In this document: piece after piece, positions 56,767-64,000 of the stretch
Layout: each line of letters opens with the position of its first letter
Position numbering within the stretch: position 1 is the first letter of the stretch
Sequence record: MN159079.1
Strand: one strand, 5' to 3'
Length of the DNA: 64,000 nt
Made by a program: the position numbers and the translations under genes
The notes under the pieces: generated by a model
What the model saw: the letters and a program-made list of their open reading frames with translations, nothing else
Databases searched by the model: none
Told to the model about the DNA's origin: nothing

Positions 56767-58368
56767 GTGAGTACCATTATCCGAGTTCTTAAGGATTACT
56801 CCGAAGAACAATTACTTCCTCAAAATCTCTTCAACCAGATTCTCGAGGGCACGGGGTATATTCCGGAAATGGATGATGAGCGGTTCTATACTGCAATCTA
56901 TCCCCATTTCGAAAACTACGACCAACGACACGACAACTGCACAACACTCCCGATCTACCTGAATGACCACGACTTTCGAATCGAAGAAGATCGTGAACGT
57001 ATCGTGCAAGCCCTTCGTACCGAGTATGAAGGTAACACATTCGATACGGTTGCAGTTTGTTCACCCAGCTGCGGTAAGTATCGCGGCAACATGTATCTCA
57101 ACTCTGGGATTGTCTGTGACGTTTGTGGCGAGACACCAAGTCGTCCACTGAGCGAACAGATCGAGACCAAGGTTTGGTTGAGAACTCCACCCAGGGTTTC
57201 TGGTTTCCTGTCACCGGCTATATATGAGGTATTCCTCAGTAAGCTCAAAACCAAAACACCGAAAATCAATTTCGTTCAGTATTGGATGGATGAAGGTTAT
57301 CGGAGAGACAAACGGTTCCGTGATCCAGTAGGTGAAACACCGGCGTACAAAATGGCTCAGAAGCTCAATGCTTTTAGTAGTGCCATTGGTATCGACTTCG
57401 GGTACAATAATTTTATCGATAACATCGATACGATTATCAATGCAGCAGTCACCCAAGACTTTATGGGGATCCTCGATCTCAATGAAGTACAACGTGACCA
57501 TTGCACCCGGTTCTGGGCCAAGTATAAGGAGTTTGCAGTTAGCAACTTCCTTCCGCTTCCGAACAAGATTGCCACGGTGATCGAATCTGACCAACGTGAC
57601 CGTTACGTCAACAAGGAAAAGACTGATCTGGAAAAGATCTTCTTTACCATAGCAGATATGTATCACGAAATGGACCATCGTTCTGTTCAGAACGAAGTTC
57701 TGTTCGGTAAGAACTATTTCGAGATGCAGGCAGTGATGCTCAAAGTGATGAAAGAGATTCTCTTTAAGAAGAAGGGGATGTTCCGATATCACGCCGGGGC
57801 TGGTAAACTGCCATTTACTGGGCGCTCCATCATTACCGGTGAATCAGGCGTTTGTCGTTCTGATACCGTGGTGGTTCCCTGGCTTTATGGCATCACCTGT
57901 TTGAACCATCATCTGACCAACTGGTTGTACCGTCGCGGTTATACACCCAAAGCGGTTAAGCGGATCATCCGTGAATCTGCCAACTTCCGTCACCCGGTGA
58001 TAGAAGAGTTCTTTGACTGGGTGGAGAACAACCGCTATGCTGTAGCAACAGTAGGTCGTAACCCATCGATTCAGTTCTTGTCATCAAGAACTTTCTTCAT
58101 CAAGTTCAACCGGGATATTGAGGATAAGTCTATTCGTATCCCAATCACCTGCGTGAAAGAATTTGGTGCTGACTTCGATGGAGACCAGATGTACGTATGG
58201 TTCATTCCGGACCTGTTCGGTAAAGTTGCTGGCTACGCCAACTTTGGTCATCAGCAAATGCTCGACCCGAACAAACCGTTCCGTACCAGTCGGTTCGCAA
58301 CTCGCGCCAAGAACGTTCTTCTCAACCTCAACTCGCAATTATTGGACGAGCCAATAGCGGAGGATTAA
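56767..58368 (+). CDS. non-virion RNA polymerase beta-prime N-terminal subunit (phiKZ gp55-like)
   Basis: Zn finger C-x3-C...C-x2-C, K..K.G.FR, FTGRSII, GRNPS, catalytic GADFDGD; GTG start with AAAGGAG. Confidence 0.92.
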   Translation: MSTIIRVLKDYSEEQLLPQNLFNQILEGTGYIPEMDDERFYTAIYPHFENYDQRHDNCTTLPIYLNDHDFRIEEDRERIVQALRTEYEGNTFDTVAVCSPSCGKYRGNMYLNSGIVCDVCGETPSRPLSEQIETKVWLRTPPRVSGFLSPAIYEVFLSKLKTKTPKINFVQYWMDEGYRRDKRFRDPVGETPAYKMAQKLNAFSSAIGIDFGYNNFIDNIDTIINAAVTQDFMGILDLNEVQRDHCTRFWAKYKEFAVSNFLPLPNKIATVIESDQRDRYVNKEKTDLEKIFFTIADMYHEMDHRSVQNEVLFGKNYFEMQAVMLKVMKEILFKKKGMFRYHAGAGKLPFTGRSIITGESGVCRSDTVVVPWLYGITCLNHHLTNWLYRRGYTPKAVKRIIRESANFRHPVIEEFFDWVENNRYAVATVGRNPSIQFLSSRTFFIKFNRDIEDKSIRIPITCVKEFGADFDGDQMYVWFIPDLFGKVAGYANFGHQQMLDPNKPFRTSRFATRAKNVLLNLNSQLLDEPIAED

Positions 58369-58373
58369 TAATA

Positions 58374-59039
58374 GTGATCAATGTAACAAGCGCGTTCTCA
58401 ATGGGTATCGGTGGTAGCATGTCGAAAGCCGCTGCCGATGTTTATAACCAAACTCTGACTTCGATATATGACGGGATGTCGAACCTGGGTGGTTGGTTGG
58501 GTGGCGCTGTCCAATCGGTTGTCCAAAGCCATGAAAACTTCATGAACTCTAACATGTGGGAGTTCAGTAAGCGGATTGGTAAAGACGGTCACTATGTTGG
58601 ACGTTTCGATGTAGGTTACCTGTCGGAAGTGGGTTATCAACAACAAGCTGTCGGGTTGATGCGGAACTACATCATGGCTAACCCCAAGATGATGGAACTG
58701 TACGAGGCCGATCGCATATCTGGTTATGATGGTGAAATCTCTGATCTCTGTAGTGGGATCGGTCGTGACAACTATTTCTATAACCGTGCTGTTGATGGCC
58801 TGATGCGCATCGAAGATGATGAAGCGGTGCGTACCCACTACGCCACATCTCTCGACAAGTATACCCACTTGTCAGCGATGGAACGTGTGGATATCAAACG
58901 TACCTGGGCGGCTAGCAATATTCATATTGCTAAGAACCTCTTTGACCCAAGTAGTATTTCTGGCGGGAAAATTCTTTCTGTAGAGGAAGTTGAAGCCATC
59001 CAGAAACAAATGGAAGAAGAAGCGGGCGACGCCCAGTAA
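58374..59039 (+). CDS. conserved nucleus-block protein (phiKZ gp59 position)
   Basis: 221 aa immediately after the nvRNAP subunit; assignment by synteny only; terminator 59047-59072. Confidence 0.6.
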   Translation: MINVTSAFSMGIGGSMSKAAADVYNQTLTSIYDGMSNLGGWLGGAVQSVVQSHENFMNSNMWEFSKRIGKDGHYVGRFDVGYLSEVGYQQQAVGLMRNYIMANPKMMELYEADRISGYDGEISDLCSGIGRDNYFYNRAVDGLMRIEDDEAVRTHYATSLDKYTHLSAMERVDIKRTWAASNIHIAKNLFDPSSISGGKILSVEEVEAIQKQMEEEAGDAQ

Positions 59040-59109
59040 TAGGTGGGAGCTAACCGGGAGACCGGTTAGCTCTTCCTTTATATAGTTATTTTTTTTTTAG
59101 GAGTGTTAT

Positions 59110-59442
59110 ATGACCCCCGAAATTATCCATGAAGACAGTGTTGTTACCGCATTCAAAGTGAATGACCATCTCTACGGCGTTCACCCCAAGAACCTTGAAG
59201 TGGGGACTTATCAAGGCGTGGTCAAGTTCCAAAAAGGAGATCCGGCAATAGAAGAGAATGGTTTGACCTTGGAAGCACTACTCGCGATCTGTATCAGTCG
59301 GCTGGATAGTTGTAACCAAGGTAACTTCAAATGTCTCCATAACGATCTCGCAATCGAACATATGAAAGCTGCCAAGGTAGCTCTCGAAGAAAGACAGTCC
59401 GATCGCAAGAACCGTTTTGTACTTGCTACCGATAAGGTGTAA
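59110..59442 (+). CDS. tad1: Tad1-family immune-signal sponge
   Basis: FQKGD..NGL..EALLAICISRL..N.G.F.C.HN.LAI.....A...L..R..DR..R aligns with the recalled Tad1 pattern FQEGP..NGV..EDL......RL..FQ...F.CREN..AI..LEEA...L..R...R..R. Confidence 0.7.
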   Translation: MTPEIIHEDSVVTAFKVNDHLYGVHPKNLEVGTYQGVVKFQKGDPAIEENGLTLEALLAICISRLDSCNQGNFKCLHNDLAIEHMKAAKVALEERQSDRKNRFVLATDKV

Positions 59443-59443
59443 T

Positions 59444-59929
59444 ATGAAATTTGGTTATTCAAAGTTGATGCTGGATCTTGGATCAGCATCCAGAATCCGC
59501 AAAGCGGCCATGAAGGTCATCGAAGGGACCGAGAAAGAAAAGGACCAAGCAGTCCTCGACGTAATCAACATCCCTGCAACCGAACTCCACGCCACACTGA
59601 TGTATGACAAACGTAATCCGGATATCATTCCGGATACCAACCGTGCATCATATAAGGCAAAGGTAACCGGTGTTGAACGTCTGGGTACGCCAGGTGGTAA
59701 CTACTACGCCCTGGTACTGCTTTGCGAGTCAGAAGGGATTACAAAACGTCACGAAGAACTTCTCGAACAAGGTTTCAAGCATAGCTGGCCTGACCTGAAG
59801 ATTCACGTTTCACTCAACTATGGTGACCAGGTTACCGTTGCGTACCCCATTATCAAGGAAGCCTTCGAGAAGGGTTATCTCCCTACCGAAGTGACCTTGG
59901 GTGCTGAGTGCTGGAACGAGTGTCGTTAA
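59444..59929 (+). CDS. acb1: Acb1-like 2H phosphodiesterase
   Basis: Two HxT/S motifs (LHATLMY, IHVSLNY); ALVLLCES...RH...G..HSWPD..IHVSLNY parallels T4 Acb1 TLVLVLDS...RH...G.THDFDD..PHITLSY. Confidence 0.7.
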   Translation: MKFGYSKLMLDLGSASRIRKAAMKVIEGTEKEKDQAVLDVINIPATELHATLMYDKRNPDIIPDTNRASYKAKVTGVERLGTPGGNYYALVLLCESEGITKRHEELLEQGFKHSWPDLKIHVSLNYGDQVTVAYPIIKEAFEKGYLPTEVTLGAECWNECR

Positions 59930-59950
59930 GATGGAAGAAGTTTCAGGCAT

Positions 59951-59966
59951 ATATTACCTAAGTGAT
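59951..59966 (+). promoter_or_regulatory. putative phage early promoter
   Basis: (T)ATATTACCTAAGTGAT. Confidence 0.65.
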
Positions 59967-60001
59967 AACATAACCATGTTTAACAATTAGAGGTAACTAC
60001 C

Positions 60002-60151
60002 ATGTTTGAAGCAATGTCCAACTCCCAAGCTTTCGGTTTCGCTTTCTTCGGTGCTATCGGCGTAATCGCTGTTATCGCTATCGGTGCCAATGAATACTTC
60101 AAAGCCAAGAAAGCTCTGAAGCGTCCGATGGCTACTCGCAACAAGCGTTGA
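60002..60151 (+). CDS. small single-pass membrane protein (49 aa)
   Basis: GAGG RBS; TM helix AFGFAFFGAIGVIAVIAIG then a basic tail; own terminator 60157-60179. Confidence 0.75.
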   Translation: MFEAMSNSQAFGFAFFGAIGVIAVIAIGANEYFKAKKALKRPMATRNKR

Positions 60152-60217
60152 TATCAACCCTCTCCCATTGGGAGAGGGTAGTTTCAATTACATTTATTTT
60201 TTTTTGTCGAGGTTCAT

Positions 60218-60631
60218 ATGGCAAATGGTTGCTGTGCAACAATGTCCACTGTGGGTTATCTCTACGAACCGCTGGCTCAAATCGACAGGTTAATCGCTTG
60301 GTGGTTTGCTAATCGGATCGATCAGTCAGTGATACTCACTGATATTCAATCTTACCAATACGTTGTCGCAAGTCATCAGAACGATTTCCGTATTGATGAG
60401 TTCCTGCAAGATGTTCAACGTAATCTTCAATCCTACCTCATGGAATGCTTCGAGGGTGCTGAAGTTAAAGCAACCGCCCCTAATTATGAGGAAGGTGGAA
60501 AGATGTTCCATCTCCACATCAGTGGGGTAGTAGAACGTAACGGAGTTCGCTATGATGTAGCAAGTGCAGTTGCACTTAGCGGTAAAACCTTCGAACTTGT
60601 TGAAAACGGGAGAAAGAGAATTGCAAGATAA
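60218..60631 (+). CDS. conserved phiKZ-like protein
   Basis: 137 aa with GAGG RBS; core-block synteny. Confidence 0.75.
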   Translation: MANGCCATMSTVGYLYEPLAQIDRLIAWWFANRIDQSVILTDIQSYQYVVASHQNDFRIDEFLQDVQRNLQSYLMECFEGAEVKATAPNYEEGGKMFHLHISGVVERNGVRYDVASAVALSGKTFELVENGRKRIAR

Positions 60632-61421
60632 ATATGACGTAAAGGGAGAACTGGAAGGTATCCAGGATAAACTCTCCCATGGTAAACTTCTCGACATTGG
60701 TGAAGGGTCATTTAAGATCGCTGAAATCAATGGTCGTGATTTCATTCAAACTCCGGATGGCGAGTTCCTGGAACACGTTGTGATGGAAGAGAAGTATTTC
60801 GTTGAAAACTGGCTGGCTCAGTTCGCTCTGGGTTGGGTTGGTGACAAGTGCTACTTCGATTTCAATGCCTGGGGAAAGATGACTATCGGGCATACTCGCG
60901 GTGTCATCATCGTTGACGAGGATGGTCAATACGTTCTCGACATCCCCAAGTTCTCCCAAGCAATGCTTCCCGCTGAAGCTAAAGCTGTTCTGGATCAGTG
61001 TGCTACCAACGCCGGGGTGGCGAACCTCATTCCCGACGAATCCGAAAAGACTCGTTTGATCAACACTTTGGCTGAACAAGCCAAGATGATCTCCGAGATC
61101 GCTGAAGGTCAGGACCCTCTGGACATCACCAAGATCATTCCTACCGAGTACTTTGCTCGTCATGGCCTGAACAACCTGGTGATGTACGACACCATCCTGA
61201 TTCGTGATCGCTACGGCGTGAAGAACGATGACGACGTGGCGCGGATCGAAAAGATCTTGACCCAATGGACCACTGAGCGCAAAGCCAGTAAAGAAGATAA
61301 AGCGTTCATCGTCGAGATCACCAAGGGTGATTTTATTTTCGACACCGAGGAGGATATGGTAGAACAAGTATCTTCCAATATTGTTGAAGATGACACCGAT
61401 TTCGATCCACTCGCAAGTTAA
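60621..61421 (+). CDS. conserved phiKZ-like protein
   Basis: TTG 60621 after GGGAG (track start 60564). Confidence 0.75.
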   Translation: MQDKYDVKGELEGIQDKLSHGKLLDIGEGSFKIAEINGRDFIQTPDGEFLEHVVMEEKYFVENWLAQFALGWVGDKCYFDFNAWGKMTIGHTRGVIIVDEDGQYVLDIPKFSQAMLPAEAKAVLDQCATNAGVANLIPDESEKTRLINTLAEQAKMISEIAEGQDPLDITKIIPTEYFARHGLNNLVMYDTILIRDRYGVKNDDDVARIEKILTQWTTERKASKEDKAFIVEITKGDFIFDTEEDMVEQVSSNIVEDDTDFDPLAS

Positions 61422-61433
61422 CAATAATAGCGG

Positions 61434-62597
61434 GTGATCTCTAGGAGATTAATAGTGAATCCGTCACCAATTTATAAGGCGCTGTGGTGTTCAGACCAGC
61501 ACACCTTACACCCGCATACCCACACCAGACATATCTTAGATAACTTGAGTGTCTTTTACTATAAAGACAGCAACTTAGATGAGATATCTCACATCGTCTG
61601 GGGTGGGGACTTCTTCCATGACCTGTGCGAGTCCAACGATCCCAACATGATCCTGGTCCAGCGATGGGTCAAAAACTTTTTGGCAATCTGTCATGAGAAA
61701 CGTATTCATGTCCGTATTCTGGAGGGGACTTCTTCTCACGACTGGGGAATGCCGGAAACCCTAGATATATTGAAACCGAAAGACTCCCCGTATATAAAGT
61801 ACGTCAAGGAGCTTTCCATCGAGTTCATTCCTGAACTTGGTATCAACGTTCTTTACGTCCCGGATAACTTCGGGAAGATAGCATCTGAGACTATCTACGA
61901 CAGAACAATCGAGTTGATGGCCAACAAGGGTTTAACCCAAGTTGACTTTATCTACCTCCACGGTGGTTTCAAGTTCCAACTTCCGCCTATCGCCGATAAA
62001 CACGGAACATTGTACGATGAGGACAAATGGAGTAAGTTGGCTAGTAAAGCAATCTTCTCCGGCCACATCCACAAACCAGGTAGAAAACACAACATCTATT
62101 GTTCCGGTTCTTTCGATCGTATCGCATTTGGTGAAATGCACCCAAAAGGTGCGTACCGTTTCGAGTTCGGTAAAGATCACTTCAAAGCCGAGTTCTATGA
62201 AAACACCAGGGCTCAGATCTATGACAAAATCATGATCACTCCGGAGATGGAATCACTCGAGCTTTCCATGAAACTCGAGAAATACATTGACGAAAACAAT
62301 CCGCCAGCCAGGACTCATATCCGAGTGTGTGGTGGTGATTCCAGTGTAGTGATTCCAGTGGTAGCCAGTTTCAGGGAAAAGTTTCCAAAGTACATTTTCG
62401 ATTACGAGAATGCTAAGGAAGATAATGTCGAGATCGATGACACTCTGTACACTCCCGAAGCGTATAAGGCTATCACCTTAACAGCAGACAACCTGGAAGA
62501 TAACCTTCTTAACTTCATGGCACCAACACTCCATGAGAATGATTGGGTTGACCAGGAACTGTTGAAAGAACTTCTACGAGAGGTGATCAATGAATAA
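61434..62597 (+). CDS. SbcD/Mre11-like metallophosphoesterase nuclease
   Basis: SDQH, GGDFF, LEGTSSHD, HG and GHIH calcineurin-like motifs. Confidence 0.88.
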   Translation: MISRRLIVNPSPIYKALWCSDQHTLHPHTHTRHILDNLSVFYYKDSNLDEISHIVWGGDFFHDLCESNDPNMILVQRWVKNFLAICHEKRIHVRILEGTSSHDWGMPETLDILKPKDSPYIKYVKELSIEFIPELGINVLYVPDNFGKIASETIYDRTIELMANKGLTQVDFIYLHGGFKFQLPPIADKHGTLYDEDKWSKLASKAIFSGHIHKPGRKHNIYCSGSFDRIAFGEMHPKGAYRFEFGKDHFKAEFYENTRAQIYDKIMITPEMESLELSMKLEKYIDENNPPARTHIRVCGGDSSVVIPVVASFREKFPKYIFDYENAKEDNVEIDDTLYTPEAYKAITLTADNLEDNLLNFMAPTLHENDWVDQELLKELLREVINE

Positions 62598-63396
62598 CAG
62601 AACGTTGGGAACACTTCCGATAAGTGTCGGAACTTCCATTGCAATAGAGGGGCTTGCAAACGCCCCTATGCATCGTTATCAGTCCTTCCTGATCAACATA
62701 CGGACTATTGTTCGGAACGCTCGTGAAGCGTTTGATGAGCTACCTAACGAAGATGATCTCTTCGAGGCGGCAAAGGAAGACATGATCCAAATAGCGACAG
62801 CTATAGCCGGGATGAAACTGAAAACCATTTTGGATATGAAGTTCTACTACCCGACCTATAATTCGTTACCACGACTTTTCCCAATGGCAAAACTCAAACC
62901 AACTGATCCTAGCAAGATGCTGCTCCCTCGTGAACAGAACTTGAAGATCAGGACGATCCTGGACAATAAGGTATATCGTAAACTTCTCAGTGAGTTTAAC
63001 AAACTTATTGTACAGATAGATTCGTATCTCCCACAATTTGGTGGGGATGGTTTGATCATCACTCATCACCCTGTTGATCTGGTATTGACAGAAAGTTACC
63101 ACCGTCTCCATCTGTTAGAAAGCCACACTGGTACCATCAAGAACTACACGATGTTGACCACCAAGCTGACTGGCGGTGACACCATGCCTAACATGCCGTT
63201 GAACAAACTGACTATTCAGATCTTCGGCGATAAAGCAGTCAATTTTCTGTCACAGAACCAAGGTGTTAAGAAAGAGATCAAGGAATTAGCCAACAGCGTT
63301 CCCTGGAGTTCTGCCTCAACCCATAGTTTCGTTGCAATGTCTATTCGGAAGTTGAAAGCCTCCCCCGAAAAAGACATCCTCATCAAAATGATTTAA
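62590..63396 (+). CDS. conserved phiKZ-like protein (gp66 position)
   Basis: 268 aa overlapping the SbcD-like stop; function not recognised. Confidence 0.75.
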   Translation: MNNRTLGTLPISVGTSIAIEGLANAPMHRYQSFLINIRTIVRNAREAFDELPNEDDLFEAAKEDMIQIATAIAGMKLKTILDMKFYYPTYNSLPRLFPMAKLKPTDPSKMLLPREQNLKIRTILDNKVYRKLLSEFNKLIVQIDSYLPQFGGDGLIITHHPVDLVLTESYHRLHLLESHTGTIKNYTMLTTKLTGGDTMPNMPLNKLTIQIFGDKAVNFLSQNQGVKKEIKELANSVPWSSASTHSFVAMSIRKLKASPEKDILIKMI

Positions 63397-63410
63397 TTAG
63401 GAGAAATAAC

Positions 63411-64000
63411 ATGTCCCAGCAACAAGGTCAATTCCAGCGTCGTCCCGACACCATGTTCAACGACTTCCGCTACCCGATGCCTCAGACCCGTGAGCCGGTA
63501 GACGGTGCCAAGTTCCCTGCCCGTTGGGTTTGGGATTTCGGTCTGGACGGCAAGGTCAAGTTCAAGGTCAACGACGGTATCTTCGGTCAACAGGACAAGA
63601 ACAGCAAGCTCAAAGAAGTTGAGCTGGGTGCGATGGACCGGAACTCCATCCTCAACCTGATCATGAACGCCATCGAAGACCCCAACTTCACCAAGGCTCA
63701 GTACCATGTGAAGAAGAAGGTATTCGGTCAAGGCGGTCGTATGAACGATCAGCCGTCTACCCTGGGTACTTTCACCATCATCCGTACCAGCGAAGGCAAG
63801 ATCGCCGTTGGTTATACCAAGGGTACCTACAAGGTCATGTTCGAGTTCAACGGCCCCAACGACTCCATCGTTGTGTTGAGCAAAGACGGTCAAAGCTACG
63901 AAGACCACGGTCTGATGTCTCGCGTTTACGCCAAGGCGTTTGTCGAGTTCAGTCGCAAGTTCCTGGACCAGTTCGAGTGGGACAACTTCAAGCCCCGTGA
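63411..64000 (+). CDS. partial ORF, possibly ChmC/gp67-position nucleic-acid-binding protein
   Basis: AGGAG RBS; MSQQQGQFQRRPDTMFNDFRYP... open to the window end with high-expression codons; identity inferred by synteny only. Confidence 0.5.
   Translation, partial: MSQQQGQFQRRPDTMFNDFRYPMPQTREPVDGAKFPARWVWDFGLDGKVKFKVNDGIFGQQDKNSKLKEVELGAMDRNSILNLIMNAIEDPNFTKAQYHVKKKVFGQGGRMNDQPSTLGTFTIIRTSEGKIAVGYTKGTYKVMFEFNGPNDSIVVLSKDGQSYEDHGLMSRVYAKAFVEFSRKFLDQFEWDNFKPR

Noticed and set aside
56767-58368. Intron or HNH insertion in nvRNAP beta-prime-N, as known in some phiKZ-like phages
   Set aside because: The ORF is continuous from the Zn finger to DFDGD; no interruption is seen

Overview
This is a 64-kb segment of a phiKZ-like, nucleus-forming jumbo myophage (Chimalliviridae). 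The assignment rests on recognisable motifs and synteny; no database search was run. Left to right: (1) 1-11.9 kb, plus-strand early/accessory genes including a run of signal-peptide proteins and an HD hydrolase. (2) 12-28 kb, the virion/packaging block: tail tube, tail sheath, three baseplate/virion genes, a large terminase split in Walker A by a class-3 intein, and dTMP kinase. (3) 28.8-32 kb, a minus-strand RNA island. It holds tRNA-Trp/Asp/Asn, a tRNA-Thr-like gene broken by a 10-N assembly gap, a tRNA mimic with a 10-nt anticodon loop, about 850 nt of ORF-poor base-paired sequence, and a tandem pair of ~140-nt RNAs whose stems covary. (4) 32-47 kb, hypothetical early genes with several paralog pairs. 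(5) 47-64 kb, the phage-nucleus core block: PhuZ tubulin, family-B DNA polymerase subunit, chimallin, non-virion RNAP beta-prime-N with the DFDGD motif, SbcD-like nuclease and a ChmC-position gene. An adjacent Tad1-like sponge and Acb1-like 2H phosphodiesterase are inserted in this block. The best candidates for undescribed biology are the structured-RNA island and the anti-signalling gene pair. Most hypothetical ORFs cannot be assigned a function from sequence alone, and starts differing from the ORF track were chosen from RBS position.
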